A DNA stretch of 64,000 nt, taken from NCBI RefSeq assembly GCF_036365525.1, contig NC_090406.1, positions 36,457,515 to 36,521,514 of the forward strand, in the 5' to 3' direction. Origin of the DNA: Heterodontus francisci (lineage: Eukaryota). The translations under genes were made by a program, and so were the position numbers. Positions 44,001 through 55,594 of the stretch are shown here, piece by piece. The notes under the pieces were generated by a model. It searched no databases and had not been told where the DNA came from. It saw only the letters and a program-made list of their open reading frames with translations. Every line of letters starts with the position of its first letter. Within the stretch, counting starts at the first letter, position 1.

Positions 44001-46020
44001 AAAATCCTGCTCAATATTTAAGTTTTTAAATATTGGCTGAAGCATTTTAATGAATCACTTGCACTTTAAAGCTGAAGTGGGTTATGGAGAGACTGTGTAC
44101 CAGGAGCTGCTGGTCTTCGGTGAGTTCAATTTTCAGCATTTTATGAGCCACTATATATATATTTTGCAGATTGAATTGGCGAAGAAAGGAGTAGATTCAG
44201 CAAATCAGAAGCTGCATGATGTTCAAGAGAAATTGCATCAGACTTGGATTGACTGGCTGAAGAAACAACCAGAAGGTCAAGTGGAGGAAGGGGCTCCAAA
44301 ACCAGAGGCAAAAACTTATTTCTTTTTTAACTCTGCTCAGTGAGCGGTGGTGGGGGAATGCAGCTATTGAACAGAGCGTTACTGCCAAGGAAGGGAAACT
44401 AACCCAGGCATATTTTTATTCAAATAGCCAACATTTACATTTCTTATTTCCTGCAGTTTAATAAGATAAATCTGCAAAGCAATTAAAATTTAAATTTGTA
44501 TTCTACCTGGCTAGCTCAGACAAAGTGACACTGACAACTGCCATTGTGACTCTCATTAATGGATAGGTATTCAGTCCCTCTAAGTGTTCTCCTGAAGTGG
44601 AATATGGTAGCAAAACTTTTTACTTTTTTAGATATTTCTCCTGCTATGCTAGTAGTATAATTGGGTTATACTGTCACTAGTATCACTGATTTTGTGAATG
44701 GGATATTAGACTAATGCATTACTTTTTTTTTTTAAACTTCCAATTTCTTCCCTCCTGAAGATACTGACTCTTGTCTCAGCCAGCCCAAAGTGGCCATTTG
44801 TGCTTGGACAAACCAGTCAGTGGGCTCTTTGATCTAATGGAGGGCATTGTAGCTGAGCCTGAACAATGTGATTTTAAATTCTGGAACTGGCAAGACTATT
44901 GACAATCCTTGGATGCCTTGATGTGGTTGTGGACTGTTTTCTGAACCACTGCAGTCCTTGTTGATTAGGAATTCCAGAATGATGAGACTTGAGATGTTCA
45001 CCTGACATTACTCTTGCCTCCCCCCTCAACCAGCAAAAACAGACATTCTGCCAGAATAAGCTTGATAAAATGCTGCAATCTACTGGGAATGGATATTAAT
45101 CCAATGGCAGGAAGTACATAAAGTTAGCTAATCGATCCTGGAAGACATTGACTTTTATTGGCTGCCTGATTTGCATATTCTCCAATCACTTCTACTTTTT
45201 TGATGGTAGAGGTGGGCCAATCTTGGCTTCTTACAGCAGAGTGCTTATGGCTGGTCCCGTTTAGTCATTGTTGATTTTTTTTTTTATAGGAGAATGTATC
45301 AATGATATGGCCAAGCTTTATCTTTTGAGGTGGTTGTTCCCTGCCACTTGTATAGCATGATTGTTACCTGCCTCTTGTCAGCCAAAGCCTCCCTATTTCA
45401 GCAGAGATAACTGGATGGTGATCATGAGCTGGAACACCAGCTTTTCTTCCAGTTCTCATTCCACTAACAGCACAGGCCAGTAATCTAACTAGGCAACTTT
45501 GTAATGTGACTTCACCATACAAGATTGTATTGTATCCAATATAAATCTTGTGCTGTGCTGTGACGTGACCATTTTACTCAAAGTTCAAAACTCCTTGGAT
45601 GGTTCTGAAACCATCCCAAGTGACCAAGTTCTAATTGTCTTTGTTTTGCAGCAGCTGGAATCCCAAACCCTAACCATGGCTCGCAGTCTCACCCAGCAAC
45701 TGCAGACTACCTGCCGGACTGTGGTTTCAAATGTGCACGGCCTCCCTCAGCACATTCAAGACAAAGTACAACAGATCCGCAAAACAGCAGAGACCATTCA
45801 CACCTCTTTCTCCTCTGTGCATTCCTTCGGTGATCTCTCTGGGCAGCTCCTGGCACAAAGCAGAGAGAAAATGCTGAAGATTCGGGAGTCCATGGATGGG
45901 GTGATGGACTATGTACTTCACAACACTCCCCTTAACTGGATGGTGGGTCCTTTTGCCCCACAACTGACTGAGCACCCTCAGTCAGAGGAGATGCTTGAGT
46001 TGGATAAAGTTCAAGAATAG
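35027..46020 (+). CDS. PLIN3: Perilipin gene C: full-length perilipin-3-like (PLIN2/PLIN3 family), 442 aa; join(35027..35095,36068..36263,38233..38315,39453..39738,40520..40707,44170..44307,45652..46020)
   Basis: PAT domain ([14 protein letters not shown]...[14 protein letters not shown]...[10 protein letters not shown]), 11-mer repeats ([22 protein letters not shown]), [10 protein letters not shown] and NWMVGPFAP. 1329 nt in frame. The ~23-aa N-terminal extension and AVSGA motif favour PLIN3 over PLIN2; orthology needs a phylogeny. Confidence 0.85.
35138..35323 (-). promoter_or_regulatory. Two candidate DR1 / PPAR response elements in intron 2 of gene C
   Basis: Minus strand AAAAT-AGGTCA-A-ATGTCA (35306-35323) and TACT-AGGTCA-A-AGTTAG (35138-35154). 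AP-1 site TGACTCA at 35284-35290. Confidence 0.45.
36068..36263 (+). CDS. Gene C PAT-domain exon 1
   Basis: TTTCAG acceptor; NVVNRV...KLEPQ; A/GTAAG donor; 196 nt. Confidence 0.95.
37020..37760 (-). mobile_element. Decayed L2-like LINE fragment
   Basis: Reverse complement includes a YxDD-like remnant (ATGTGTACAATGATGCCACCCAGCTCTA) and VRNLGV-like CGCAACCTTGGTGTC. Confidence 0.6.
38233..38315 (+). CDS. Gene C PAT-domain exon 2
   Basis: ACTCAG acceptor; (I)[27 protein letters not shown]; CAG/GTAAG donor; 83 nt. Confidence 0.95.
38745..39280 (+). mobile_element. LINE 3' fragment
   Basis: [13 protein letters not shown] / EYSPLAW remnants; tail GCCCACATCC...AATAAAA. Confidence 0.75.
39453..39738 (+). 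CDS. Gene C 11-mer-repeat exon
   Basis: ATGCAG acceptor; [11 protein letters not shown]...YLPMTEEEL; G/GTAAGT donor; 286 nt. Confidence 0.95.
40520..40707 (+). CDS. Gene C exon ([10 protein letters not shown])
   Basis: TTTCAG acceptor; CTG/GTAAG donor; 188 nt. Confidence 0.95.
41082..41368 (+). mobile_element. HE1/V-SINE-like SINE
   Basis: GGGCAGTGCAGTGGTTAGC...GGGTTCAGTTC head, TGCGGAGTTTACAAGTTCTCCC core, AAGGGCCTGTTTCAGTGCT tail. Confidence 0.8.
41455..41652 (+). pseudogene. Degenerate intronic duplicate of the 40520-40707 perilipin exon
   Basis: [28 protein letters not shown] vs the real exon [29 protein letters not shown]. Donor mutated (TTG/CTAAG). The 5' half is only weakly similar (AAACTGGCCACT). 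Confidence 0.75.
43367..44012. mobile_element. GC-rich non-autonomous DNA-transposon-like (MITE-like) element
   Basis: GC-rich island with G-runs, bounded by imperfect inverted ends (GGGGTAAATCTTCC...GGAAAATCCTGCTC). Confidence 0.4.
44170..44307 (+). CDS. Gene C penultimate exon ([10 protein letters not shown]...GAPKPE), probable GC donor
   Basis: TTGCAG acceptor. Homology to 20748-20888 places the 3' boundary after KPE, where the sequence is GAG/GCAAAA. Confidence 0.75.
45652..46020 (+). CDS. Gene C terminal exon
   Basis: TTTTGCAG acceptor; QLESQTL...[10 protein letters not shown]...DKVQE*. AATAAA at 46611 and 47278. Confidence 0.95.
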   Translation, partial: QLESQTLTMARSLTQQLQTTCRTVVSNVHGLPQHIQDKVQQIRKTAETIHTSFSSVHSFGDLSGQLLAQSREKMLKIRESMDGVMDYVLHNTPLNWMVGPFAPQLTEHPQSEEMLELDKVQE

Positions 46021-47519
46021 ATGTATGCTGCCTGTAACTATATACTGTGAATAGTTAGTCCAAAGGGTCAAACTTGTATTAGATTTAGTATTTGGACTTT
46101 GATTTGACTTTGCTGTTTTAACTAAATTGTACTCCTAGGTTTTTCTGTCCTCTATATAACTGCCTTCCTTAAATGACATCTTGTGTCTGAAGTCTCTAAT
46201 AACATATCTAATTAATTGGAGAATCCCATCAGGACAATGCAAGCAATTTATAATTCACTTTCCCTACTGGAAGTGAGATGGGTCTGTCAAATATCCATTA
46301 CACTGATCCAAAAGAGAAAAATCTAGCATCTGTGGAGTGTTGATGTTGGACTTTTTTTCATAAGAAAAATTCTTATGTATCTGAATCATGAAAAGTGGAA
46401 TTCAAGTTGGAATCCACTTGGAATAAGACCTTACAGACAAAAGGTCTTTTTCCACAGATGTTGCCTGACTTGTTTCCAGCATCTGTTGTTTCAATTCTAC
46501 AATGCTGTGCTGTAAATTCAGTGCTGCTGAGCTCTAAAGTTACAAGTTCAGTTGCTATAATTCAGGACTTGATTCTTCTGCAACATGTGCCAACTTGTAT
46601 TCTGCCCAATAATAAAATTGTAATCCAGTCCTGGAGCTGAGTAAGAATGGACAATGTTAATCTAGACTGACTCCTTGGAACACAGTAGGTTATCTGTAGC
46701 CTCAGCATATATAAGGTTCAGAACCAGGTTAAATTGTTCGCATAGAGAGGCAGCAACATAATTAGCTCTTTTTTGGTTGCAACAAATCACTTGGCTTAGT
46801 TGTTAATTAATCTCTAGCACTTTCAGTACACTGATTTGATCAGGGCATAAACTATGGTTGGATAGGAGATTTTCATAAGGGTGTTGCTTTTTTTTTTTGT
46901 TTTGCAGTGTTCAAAATACTTCAACTAGTCCTGTCACTTTTTGAGCTGGTCCAATTCTTTCTCATATATTGGAGTAGCATCGTGTCACTTTTCTTTCAGG
47001 TTTTCATCTCATCTGAACCTATCCAAAAGTGAAATGGAGAGGTTACATTGGTTGGTAGGTAGAATGACATGCCATGTTGCCAAGGGTAAAGTGGGGCAAT
47101 GAATCACCAGCAATTGTGTTTTTAAAATACACTTAACTTCCAACTGCACAGAAACTTAGATTTAATATTTTCCCACACACCGTGCAGGAGTGTTACCAAT
47201 CTGAAATTGGCACAAAGAACTATGTTCTAGATTTTATAATGGTGTAGAATTGGTAGTCATTGGCTGTATGATTTTTCAATAAAATATAATTCAATCTCTA
47301 TGGAAGTGAGTAATTCTGCAGTTGCATGTGGTGGGATGCTATTGTTCAAGATGGATGCTTAGAATGTAAAATGCTAAATTACAAAATTGAGTATTGACAC
47401 TATCCTAAAAGGGGAAAAACTTGCATTTATGTAATGACTTTAACTTGCATGATGTGACAATCCCAAAGCAGAAGCCACTTTTCGTGCCATTAATAGGAAA
47501 TGTGGACACTAATTTGTAG

Positions 47520-48080
47520 AGTGAGAACATATAAATTAGGAGTAAGCCACTTGCCCCTTCAAGCCTATTCTGCTATTCAATAAGATCATGTCTGAACTGA
47601 TGCCTCCACTTTCCTGCCTACCCTGATACCCTTTCATCACCTTGCTTATCTAGAATTTATCTACCTCTGCCTTAAAAAAATATTCAAAGACTCTACTTCC
47701 ACTGCTGTTTGAGGAAGAGAGTTTCAGAGCCTCATTACCCTCTGAGGAAATTTCTCCTCATCTCTGTCCTAAATGGGTGACCAAGTTCTAGATTCTCCCA
47801 TAAGTGGAAACATCCTTTCCACATCCACCCTGTCATGACATTTCAATCATCTATGTTTCAATTAGGTCACCTCTTGCTCTTCTAATATCCAGTGGATAGG
47901 AGCCTAGCCTGTCCAACCTTTCCTCATAAGACAACCTGCCCATTCCAGGCATTAGTCTAGTAAACGTTCACTGAACTGGTTCCAATGCATTTACAACCTT
48001 CCTTTAAATAAGGAGACCAATACTGCACAAAGTACTCCAGATGTGGTCTCACCAATGCCCTTTATAACTGGGTCCTGCAA
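47520..48080 (-). mobile_element. CR1 LINE 3' fragment
   Basis: Aligns by eye with the CR1 3' end at 4850-5260 (GGAGACCAA..CTGC..AGTA.TCCAG.TGTGGTCTC). Confidence 0.75.
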
Positions 48081-48239
48081 TGTCATCATGACCAGAGAAT
48101 CTGTTAATGCTAGTTGAAGGATAAAGTCATTATTATAGAGCACAGAAACACACCCTTCGGCCTACCATGGCTCTGCCGGCCATCAAGCCTATCTATTCTA
48201 ATCTAAAGGCCTGCTCAAGTCTGCAAATGAAACCCGACT

Positions 48240-48582
48240 TTATTTTTACTTATTTATTTCGAGATACAGCACTGAACCAGGCCCTTCGGCCCACTGAGTC
48301 TGTGCCGACCAACAACCACCCATTTATACTAATCCTACATTAATCCCATATTCCCTACCACATCCCCACCATTCTCCTACCACCTACCTACAGTAGGGGC
48401 AATTTACAATGGCCAATTTACCTATCAACCTGCAAGTCTTTGGCTGTGGGAGGAAACTGGAGTACCCGGTGGAAACCCACGCGGTCACAGGGAGAACTTG
48501 CAAACTCCGCACAGGCAGTACCCAGAACTGAACCCGGGTCGCTGGAGCTGTGAGGCTGTGGTGCTAACCACTGTGCCGCCCA
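48240..48582 (-). mobile_element. HE1/V-SINE-like SINE
   Basis: Near-identical to 29280-29590. Confidence 0.8.
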
Positions 48583-50445
48583 TTGAGCCCTTTGATTTTT
48601 TTTTCCCGCACCCGACCCGACCACTGGAATAACGTTGATTATATTAGAGGTTGTGCTCCACCGAGGATGGAATCACTCACTGCAGAGTGTTTCCTGCCTT
48701 GATGTCCTGGCTGTCACTGAGTCTGACCTGACCTGGCCCAACCTGATCCCGAATGCTGGACCTGGAACAGCAACCCCGACCCAAAGCCAACAGGTCGTCG
48801 GGCCCGGTCGGGTTTGGGTTGGGTAGCCATGCTCTATTTTCAGCACTTGGCCTGTAGCCTTGTATGCTATGGTGTTTCAAGTGCTCAGCTAAATAACACT
48901 TAAATATTGTGAGGGTTCCTGCCTCTACCACCCCTTCAGGCAGTGTCTTCCAGATTCCAATCACCCTCTGGGTGGAAAAACCTTTTCCTCAAATCCCCTC
49001 TAAACCTCCTGCTCCTTACCTTAAATTTATGCCTCCTGGTTATTGACACCTTAGCCAAGGGAAAAAGTTTTTTCTATCTATGCCCTTCATGGATCTTTTT
49101 CGAGCACCTCGGGGCAGAGAGGGCTTTAGTTTAACATCAGTCAAACGATAGCATTTGACACTGCAGTATGTAGAAAGTGCTGCACTGTCGGACCAGATTG
49201 TGTCCAAATCTCTGGAATGGGACTTGAACCCACACCAAGGTGAGTGTGCTACCTCCACAGCCACAGCTGCCCTGCTTCAGCGTTTTCTGCTTGGATTTCA
49301 GAATTCCAGAAAATGTAGTTATATTTAAAATACAGCTATCTAATGTGTAAACTGTGGATGTGTTAGTAATTGTGTGACCAAGATTCACACAGAAATCTGA
49401 AAACTGGTTGCCATCACTACAAAATTATTTTTGGGGATGATTCAGTTAACTACATTGGATAGTGCTCAGTCTCCCATTAGGGGACAGTGTGTACTTGTAT
49501 GAAGAGTATGGTGGACATGCACCATGTTTGAAACCTGATCAAGAATTCTGAACGCTTGTACCAGGTGATCCAGTGCATTCTGGCCTTGTTAACTGTTTTT
49601 GCATGTACCACAGAGGTACATGGTTGTCTGTGCCAGGCAATCAGTTTCTGGATAGAATAGTTTCAGCACTTGTAGGTAGATAATGCAGAGAGATTATTCC
49701 TAGAAAATCTGTCTATGGCAGGGGTTCACGAAGAACCAGCATAACGGGAAATAGAGAAAAAGGCTTAATCTATCAATGTCTCTTTGTTTCCATCTGCCAT
49801 GTACACTATTTACTGTGCCACCTATCTTGGTGTCAGCATACCTGAATCTATGGCTTTCTATTCCTTCATCTAAAGTCACTTCTAAATATAGTGAAAAGCT
49901 GAGGGCCATGTACAGATCCCTGGGGAACACCACTAGTCACATCCTGCCAACTGGAATACATACCCATTATCCTACTCTGTCTCCTACCCATGTCAAAAGG
50001 TTTTCTTTTGCAGCTTTGTTGAATGTCTTTAGAATTCCATATAAATAATAATCCTAGACACTTCCTTATCTGCCACATTAGTTACCACCTTAAAGAAAAA
50101 AACAGTTTTGTTAGACATGACTTACCCTTTACAAATCCTTGCTGGTTCTGATCAGCTTATGATACTGAGTGTGTCATTGTTATTTACAGATGTGAATGTT
50201 TTTCTACTGGGCAATCAACTTTATGTTGGTTTTTGAATGCAGGAGATTGCAAAAGTGTTCCTGGGATATAAGGATTTGTAATTGTCCACAATGTTCTGCA
50301 TCTGTTTAACTTCCACATTATTTTCAATAGGCAGCAGTGCATCTACTCCAAAGATTGGGACATTACCAGAGGTATCAACTGTCCTGGAGTTTATGCTGAA
50401 ATTGTAGGTGCTATCCCATGCACCTGGTGCCATCTATCTATCTAT

Positions 50446-51291
50446 TGTCACCGACTTGTATTATTTTTCTCCTCTGATTAAAACAGTGTGCTTTTAAGAC
50501 TCTGTTAAAAACAATGCACCTTTAAAACAGGGAGAGAAGTTTGGGATTTCTGGAGGCACAGTGTGCCACAGCTGCATTTTGTTACCTAGGCAACAGCAGG
50601 AGAGGTCACATGGTACAATATTTCTACTTGTGTGTAAAACCGGCAAAAATCGGTCTGAACCAGTTTTGTTTGGAGACACTATCCAGCGAAGTGTACTGAA
50701 GAGAAAAGAGCTGTCCATTCTTTCTCAGCAGAAATACTACAAGGAGCTACAGGCTGAATTAATTGCTGAAAAAGGAAATAAGAGACCATTTGGTATTGCT
50801 GAAGGAACTGTCGATGCCTGCTGCAGCCTAAGAGTTTGAATGCTTATCAAACACAGACGGCTTCATCAAATCCAAGGGAAGACTTCGAGTGGCCTTTGAT
50901 TATTTTCACATTAGAATACCTCATCCATCAGGAACATAACCCACTAAGACTTACTTATTTATTTAATCTTAAGAAACAGCTAAATTTAAAAACACCACTT
51001 TTAAAACGGTTAACCACTGTTATTTTTGAGTGTGTGTGAGAGAAAGGGGAAGTTAAGTTAAAATAAGTTATAAGGTCTTTAGACATAGGTTTATCTTAAT
51101 AGTGCTTAAGATTTAGTTTTAATAAATAGTTAATTTGTTGTTGTCTAAAGATACCTGGATTACTCTGTTTTATTCTGCGGGCTACTAGGCATTGTTTTCC
51201 GGTTGGGTGGGAAAACCTCAAATAATATGCTGCGACCTGTGGAGTGACGGGACTGAATTGACAGTATGTTGCTCCTGCAGCGGTCATAACA
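50446..51291 (+). repeat. 5' LTR of the Gmr1-like element
   Basis: The first ~270 nt are repeated at 54803-55074 (about 90% identical by eye count); TG...CA termini. Confidence 0.9.
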
Positions 51292-51460
51292 TATTAATTA
51301 GGCGGCTCATCTGGGGATCAGAATCAGACTAATTGGAGGGCTTGCATTTGGAATCATATTAATTACTCATCTGTGGGATAACATATAAATTGGGATCTTG
51401 CGTCTGGCATCATATTAATTGCTCTTGCATCTGGGATCATATTAATTGGAAACTCGATTG
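51290..51460 (+). repeat. Tandem array of ~6 primer-binding-site-like units
   Basis: Repeated CATATTAATT followed by a degenerate (T)GGGGGCTCGTCCGGGAT, period ~28-35 nt. Confidence 0.75.
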
Positions 51461-54400
51461 TCGATAGCCAAATCTAATGCCTATTACGAATAAGTAAAAG
51501 GAACCAGGTATATTATATAATAAATGTACAGTCTATATCATCAGAATGGCATTAGCAGTTGCAGCAGAGTTTCTGGGAAAGGTGAATGTTTCCCTCAGTG
51601 AGTTGATAACTTTAACTAAGAATAAACTAAAACAATTGGAGGCAAAATTGGGGTTAGAATTGCAATCAGGTGCCAAAAAAGCAGTGATAATTGACTTAAT
51701 GGCCCAACATCTGGAATTAGAAGAAGATGAGGAACAAGAAGGTAGTATGTCAGAGAGTGATGCATGGAATTAGCCAGTTGGAAAGGGAAAAACTTAGGTT
51801 TCAACAGGAAACAGAAAAAGAAAAAGCAATAAGAAAACTTGAGGCTGAAAAAGAATTAAGAAAACTTGAATTGGAAAAAAGAGAGAAAATGAAAGAGAAG
51901 AAAGGGAATTTAAATTGAGAGATGGAACAAAGACAAAGGGGTAGTCTTGACTCCAGGGAAAATTTGGGCCAGGAAGAATCTGAATTCAGCCCAGGACCCA
52001 GCAAAAAGCTGTTTAAATTTATACAAGCTCATATAGATAACCTAAAAGTTTAGAAAGATAGGCAAGCAGCAGAGATTGCTGATGATTTTGAGCTTGTGAA
52101 TAAGACAAAACCTTTTGTCCATCACGCCCATAAACCCAAGAAAGGATAGAAAGTACAAGAGTGAAAGGAAGGCAAATAGCTGGGGACAAGAAGGAACAGC
52201 TGGGAATGCCCCAAGATCACCTCCTCAGGCCAGAAAGGAAGGTGCTGAGGGTAGAAGTGAGGTTCGCAAGCTGAAGTGTTATCATTGCCACGAAACAGGT
52301 CATCTTTGTTCAGAATGCTAGAAGTTGCGAGGTAAACCCATAGGACTTGGGGTTCACAAAGCTAATGCAGAGGAAAAGACTCTGACTGAGGGAATAGCAG
52401 ACCAGGCTATAGCTCTAACAGCAACTGTAAAACCAGATACAAAAACTAAAGTGAGTGTAGAGGTTAAGAATAAGATACCCAAAAGTTATAATGAATTTTT
52501 GTCAAAGGGGAAAGTAACTCCATATCCTTTAAGTGAGGCAGGAAAACCTATTATGCTAAGGGATACAGGAGCAACCCAAACACTCTTGCTGGGGAAAGAT
52601 ATAACGTTAAAGTTTTAGTTAATGAAAACAGATAGCCAAGTATCTGAAACCTTATTTGGGGATTTAGATAATCCAAATGAGATGTTTAACAGATATTCTA
52701 TCATTGCAGCACAGCAAGCTGATTCAGCGATATGCCGAATAGTACAGACGGCTCTGACAGAAGCGAAGGCGAAAGGAGTTCCAGAAGGCTATTATATGGC
52801 AAACGGGGTTTTGAGGAGGAAATGGAGACTGCCTCATAGACCTGCGGACGAAGACTAGACAGTTGTTGAACAGATAGTGGTACCACCTAAATATTGCCAG
52901 GGATTATTAAGGTTAGCACATGACATTCCTTTTGCAGGACATAAGGGAATTCGGAAGATCAAAGCATGTAAAGCCAACATTATTACTGGCCAGGCCTTAC
53001 AAAGGATGTAAAGCAGTTTTGTAGAGCTCAGTAACACCTTAAAGCATCCAAGCCAATATGAAAAAATGGGCAGACAAGAATGCAAAGCCTGCAATTTTCA
53101 ACCAGGGGATGAAGTATCGGTGTTGTTACCGTTACAGGGAGAACCATTACAAGCACAGAGCAGTGGCCCATATAAAGTGATCAAAAGAGTAAGAAAGGTA
53201 GATTACTTGATTGACACCCCTGATCGCCAGAAGAAGAACTTGTGTCACTTTAATATGTTCAAACCATATTACCGAAGGAAGGAGGAAAAGCCAGTACAGG
53301 TATGTCAGGTAATCGGGACTGTTGAGAAGAAAAAGGATAGTGAGGTTGAGGCAGAAGGAGGCCTAGACAATTCTCAGATTGAACGTTCAACTATCAGGTT
53401 AGCGAATACAGAATGGCTAGGAAAATTGGACAACATGCTTTTGCACTTAGAGGCAAAATATGAAGACCTAACCAAGCTTTTCAAAACATTTAAAAGAGTT
53501 TGTAAGGATAAGCCGGGATGTACAACCATAGCCACACATGATGTGGATATTGGGGGGGAACTGGTCCTTTAAAACAACATCCTTACCGCTTAAGTCCAGA
53601 CAAGATCCAGTATATGCTGGAAAACAATTTGATTGAACCTAGTCAAAGCAGCTGGAGTTCACCAATACTTCAACCAGGTTTTGTATAGACTACAGAAAAG
53701 TCAATGCAGTAACGAAAGCAGACTCCTACCCAATTCCACGTTTAGAAGACTGTATCGACAGAGTGGCAAGTGCTCGGTTTCTTACCAAGATTGGTTTGTT
53801 AGAAGGATACTGGCAAGTTCCTTTGATTCCTCGAGCCAAAGAGATATCAGCTTTGTAACACCTGACGGTCTTGATCAGTGCCGGGTGATGCCATTCGGGC
53901 TAAAATTGCCCCAGCCACTTTTCGAAGATTAATGAATCAGGGGGTAGCCAGTGTTCCCAACTGTGTAGTGTATTGTGATGATGTACTAATATACAGTAAC
54001 ACTTGGCAGGAACACTTAAACTAGCTAAAAATTTTGTTTAAAAAGTTACAAGCAGTGGACTTAGTGATAAATCTGGAAAAAGCGAATTCAGAAAAGCAAG
54101 AGTAACTTACCTCAGACACATAGTGGGGCAAGGACAGGTATTTGCTACAAAAAACGAAAAACAAAGTGGTATGGTCAGATGAATGTCAGGCAGCTTTTGA
54201 AAAGCTAAAGGCAATTTTAACTAATGAACCAGTGTTGGCTGCTCCAAATTTTGCTAAACCCTTTAAAATAGCGATCGATGTTAGTGACCTGAGGGTTAGT
54301 GCAGTCCTACTGCAGTACGACGAATCAGGCATAGAGAAGCCAGTAGGGTACTTTTCAAGAAAACTAAATTTCCATCAAAAAAAGTATTCCACTGTGGAAA

Positions 54401-54802
54401 ATGAAACATTAGGACTTTTGCTGGCTCTCAAACATTTCGAAGTATATGTCTACCAAGACTATAAAGAAATACTAATGCACACAGACCATAACCCATTAAC
54501 GTTTGTGGAAACATTTATAAACCGAAATGCTAGAATATTTAGATGGAGTTGTTGTTACAGCCTTATCATTTGAAAATTGTACATATTTCAGCGAAAAACA
54601 ATGTTATTGCTGACGCTTTGTCACGAATTGAACAATTTAAAGTTATATGGATGGCGATGGTACAAAGAAAATGCTGTAAATTATCAGTAGAGTGAATGGT
54701 GCGTGAATGTGAGAAAACGTTAGTATTTTTCCAGTTTCTTTTTTTTTGCATTGTAATGAAACGCATTTCAGGAATGGTGTTTCATTTCGCCAAGGGCGGA
54801 GG

Positions 54803-55074
54803 TGTCACAGACTAGTATTGTTTTTCCCCTCAGATTAAAACAGTATGCTTTTAAGACTCTGTTAAAAACAGTGCACCTTTAAGACAGGAGAGAAGTTTTA
54901 GATTTCTGGAGGCACAGTGTGCCACAGCTGCATTTTGTTACCTAGACAACTGCAGGAAAGAGAGGTCACATGGTACAATGTTTCCACTTAACTGTGTGTA
55001 AAACTGGAAAAAAACAGTCTGAACCAGTTTTGTTTGGTGAGACTTTCCAGCGAAGCGTACTGAAGAGAAAAGAG
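54803..55074 (+). repeat. 3' LTR (truncated) of the Gmr1-like element
   Basis: Direct repeat of 50446-50710, preceded by a polypurine tract. Confidence 0.9.
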
Positions 55075-55594
55075 ACTGGAAATCATGTCTGTAAACAAAG
55101 GCATGTAAAATTATAACAAGAAAATGGTTAAATTTGTACATACAATAATATTTGTGTTTGAAATGCCTGTGATATTTTTCATTGGAGCCCTGAGATCATA
55201 AAGAATCTCTAACCATTCACTATTAACCAATGAGACTGATGAAAGAAGGCTGCACTCCTAGCATGCACTTGTACATACAGCTGGAAATTCATTGAACCTG
55301 ATAGGACATGCTGTTTGTGAACCCTGCGATACTAGTTGAAAATGAAGAATTAATACCTCCAAGGAAACCATTTTAGCAGGGACTGGAGTATTGTTATCAG
55401 AGAAAGGTAAAACATCATCAACATCATCTTTTTCTGAGGTAAACACAAATGGTTATGCAAACATATTGGTTGATATCCTGAAACTACAATCAGCCATGTA
55501 CAAGGGAGCCAAGCACAGGTATAGTTGTGAAGAAAAAGAATGCAAATTGCTTGGAGCAGGTAGTTAGACTTTGTAATGTATTTTAAATTAGGGT

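Larger units (their letters stand above)
50446..55074 (+). mobile_element. Decayed Gmr1-like Ty3/gypsy LTR retrotransposon (gag-PR-IN-RT-RH order)
   Basis: 5' LTR 50446-51291 (TGTCA...TAACA); tRNA-Pro-like PBS; gag CCHC knuckle KCYHCHETGHLCSEC; protease RDTGA (~52560); integrase H2C2 start (AHDIPFAGHKG..HYYWPGLTKDVKQFC, ~52915-53025) and GPY motif (~53165); RT (DYRKVN, MPFGL, YCDD ~53971); RNase H (54142-54573); polypurine tract AAGGGCGGAGG; truncated 3' LTR 54803-55074. Confidence 0.9.

Noticed and set aside
45550-45651. ORF-track N-terminal extensions of perilipin exons (also 227, 19506, 22829, 36059, 40495, 44050)
   Set aside because: They run through polypyrimidine tracts and AG acceptors, so they are intronic read-through with bacterial-style start calls.
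48590-48836. CCGACCCGA-rich segment with internal inverted symmetry
   Set aside because: Probably the end of a small DNA-transposon derivative, but I could not define both termini or a TSD, so it is not annotated.
51290-51460. CRISPR-like repeat/spacer appearance
   Set aside because: Eukaryotic context and no cas genes. The 'spacers' resemble each other and a tRNA-Pro PBS, and the array sits inside an LTR element.
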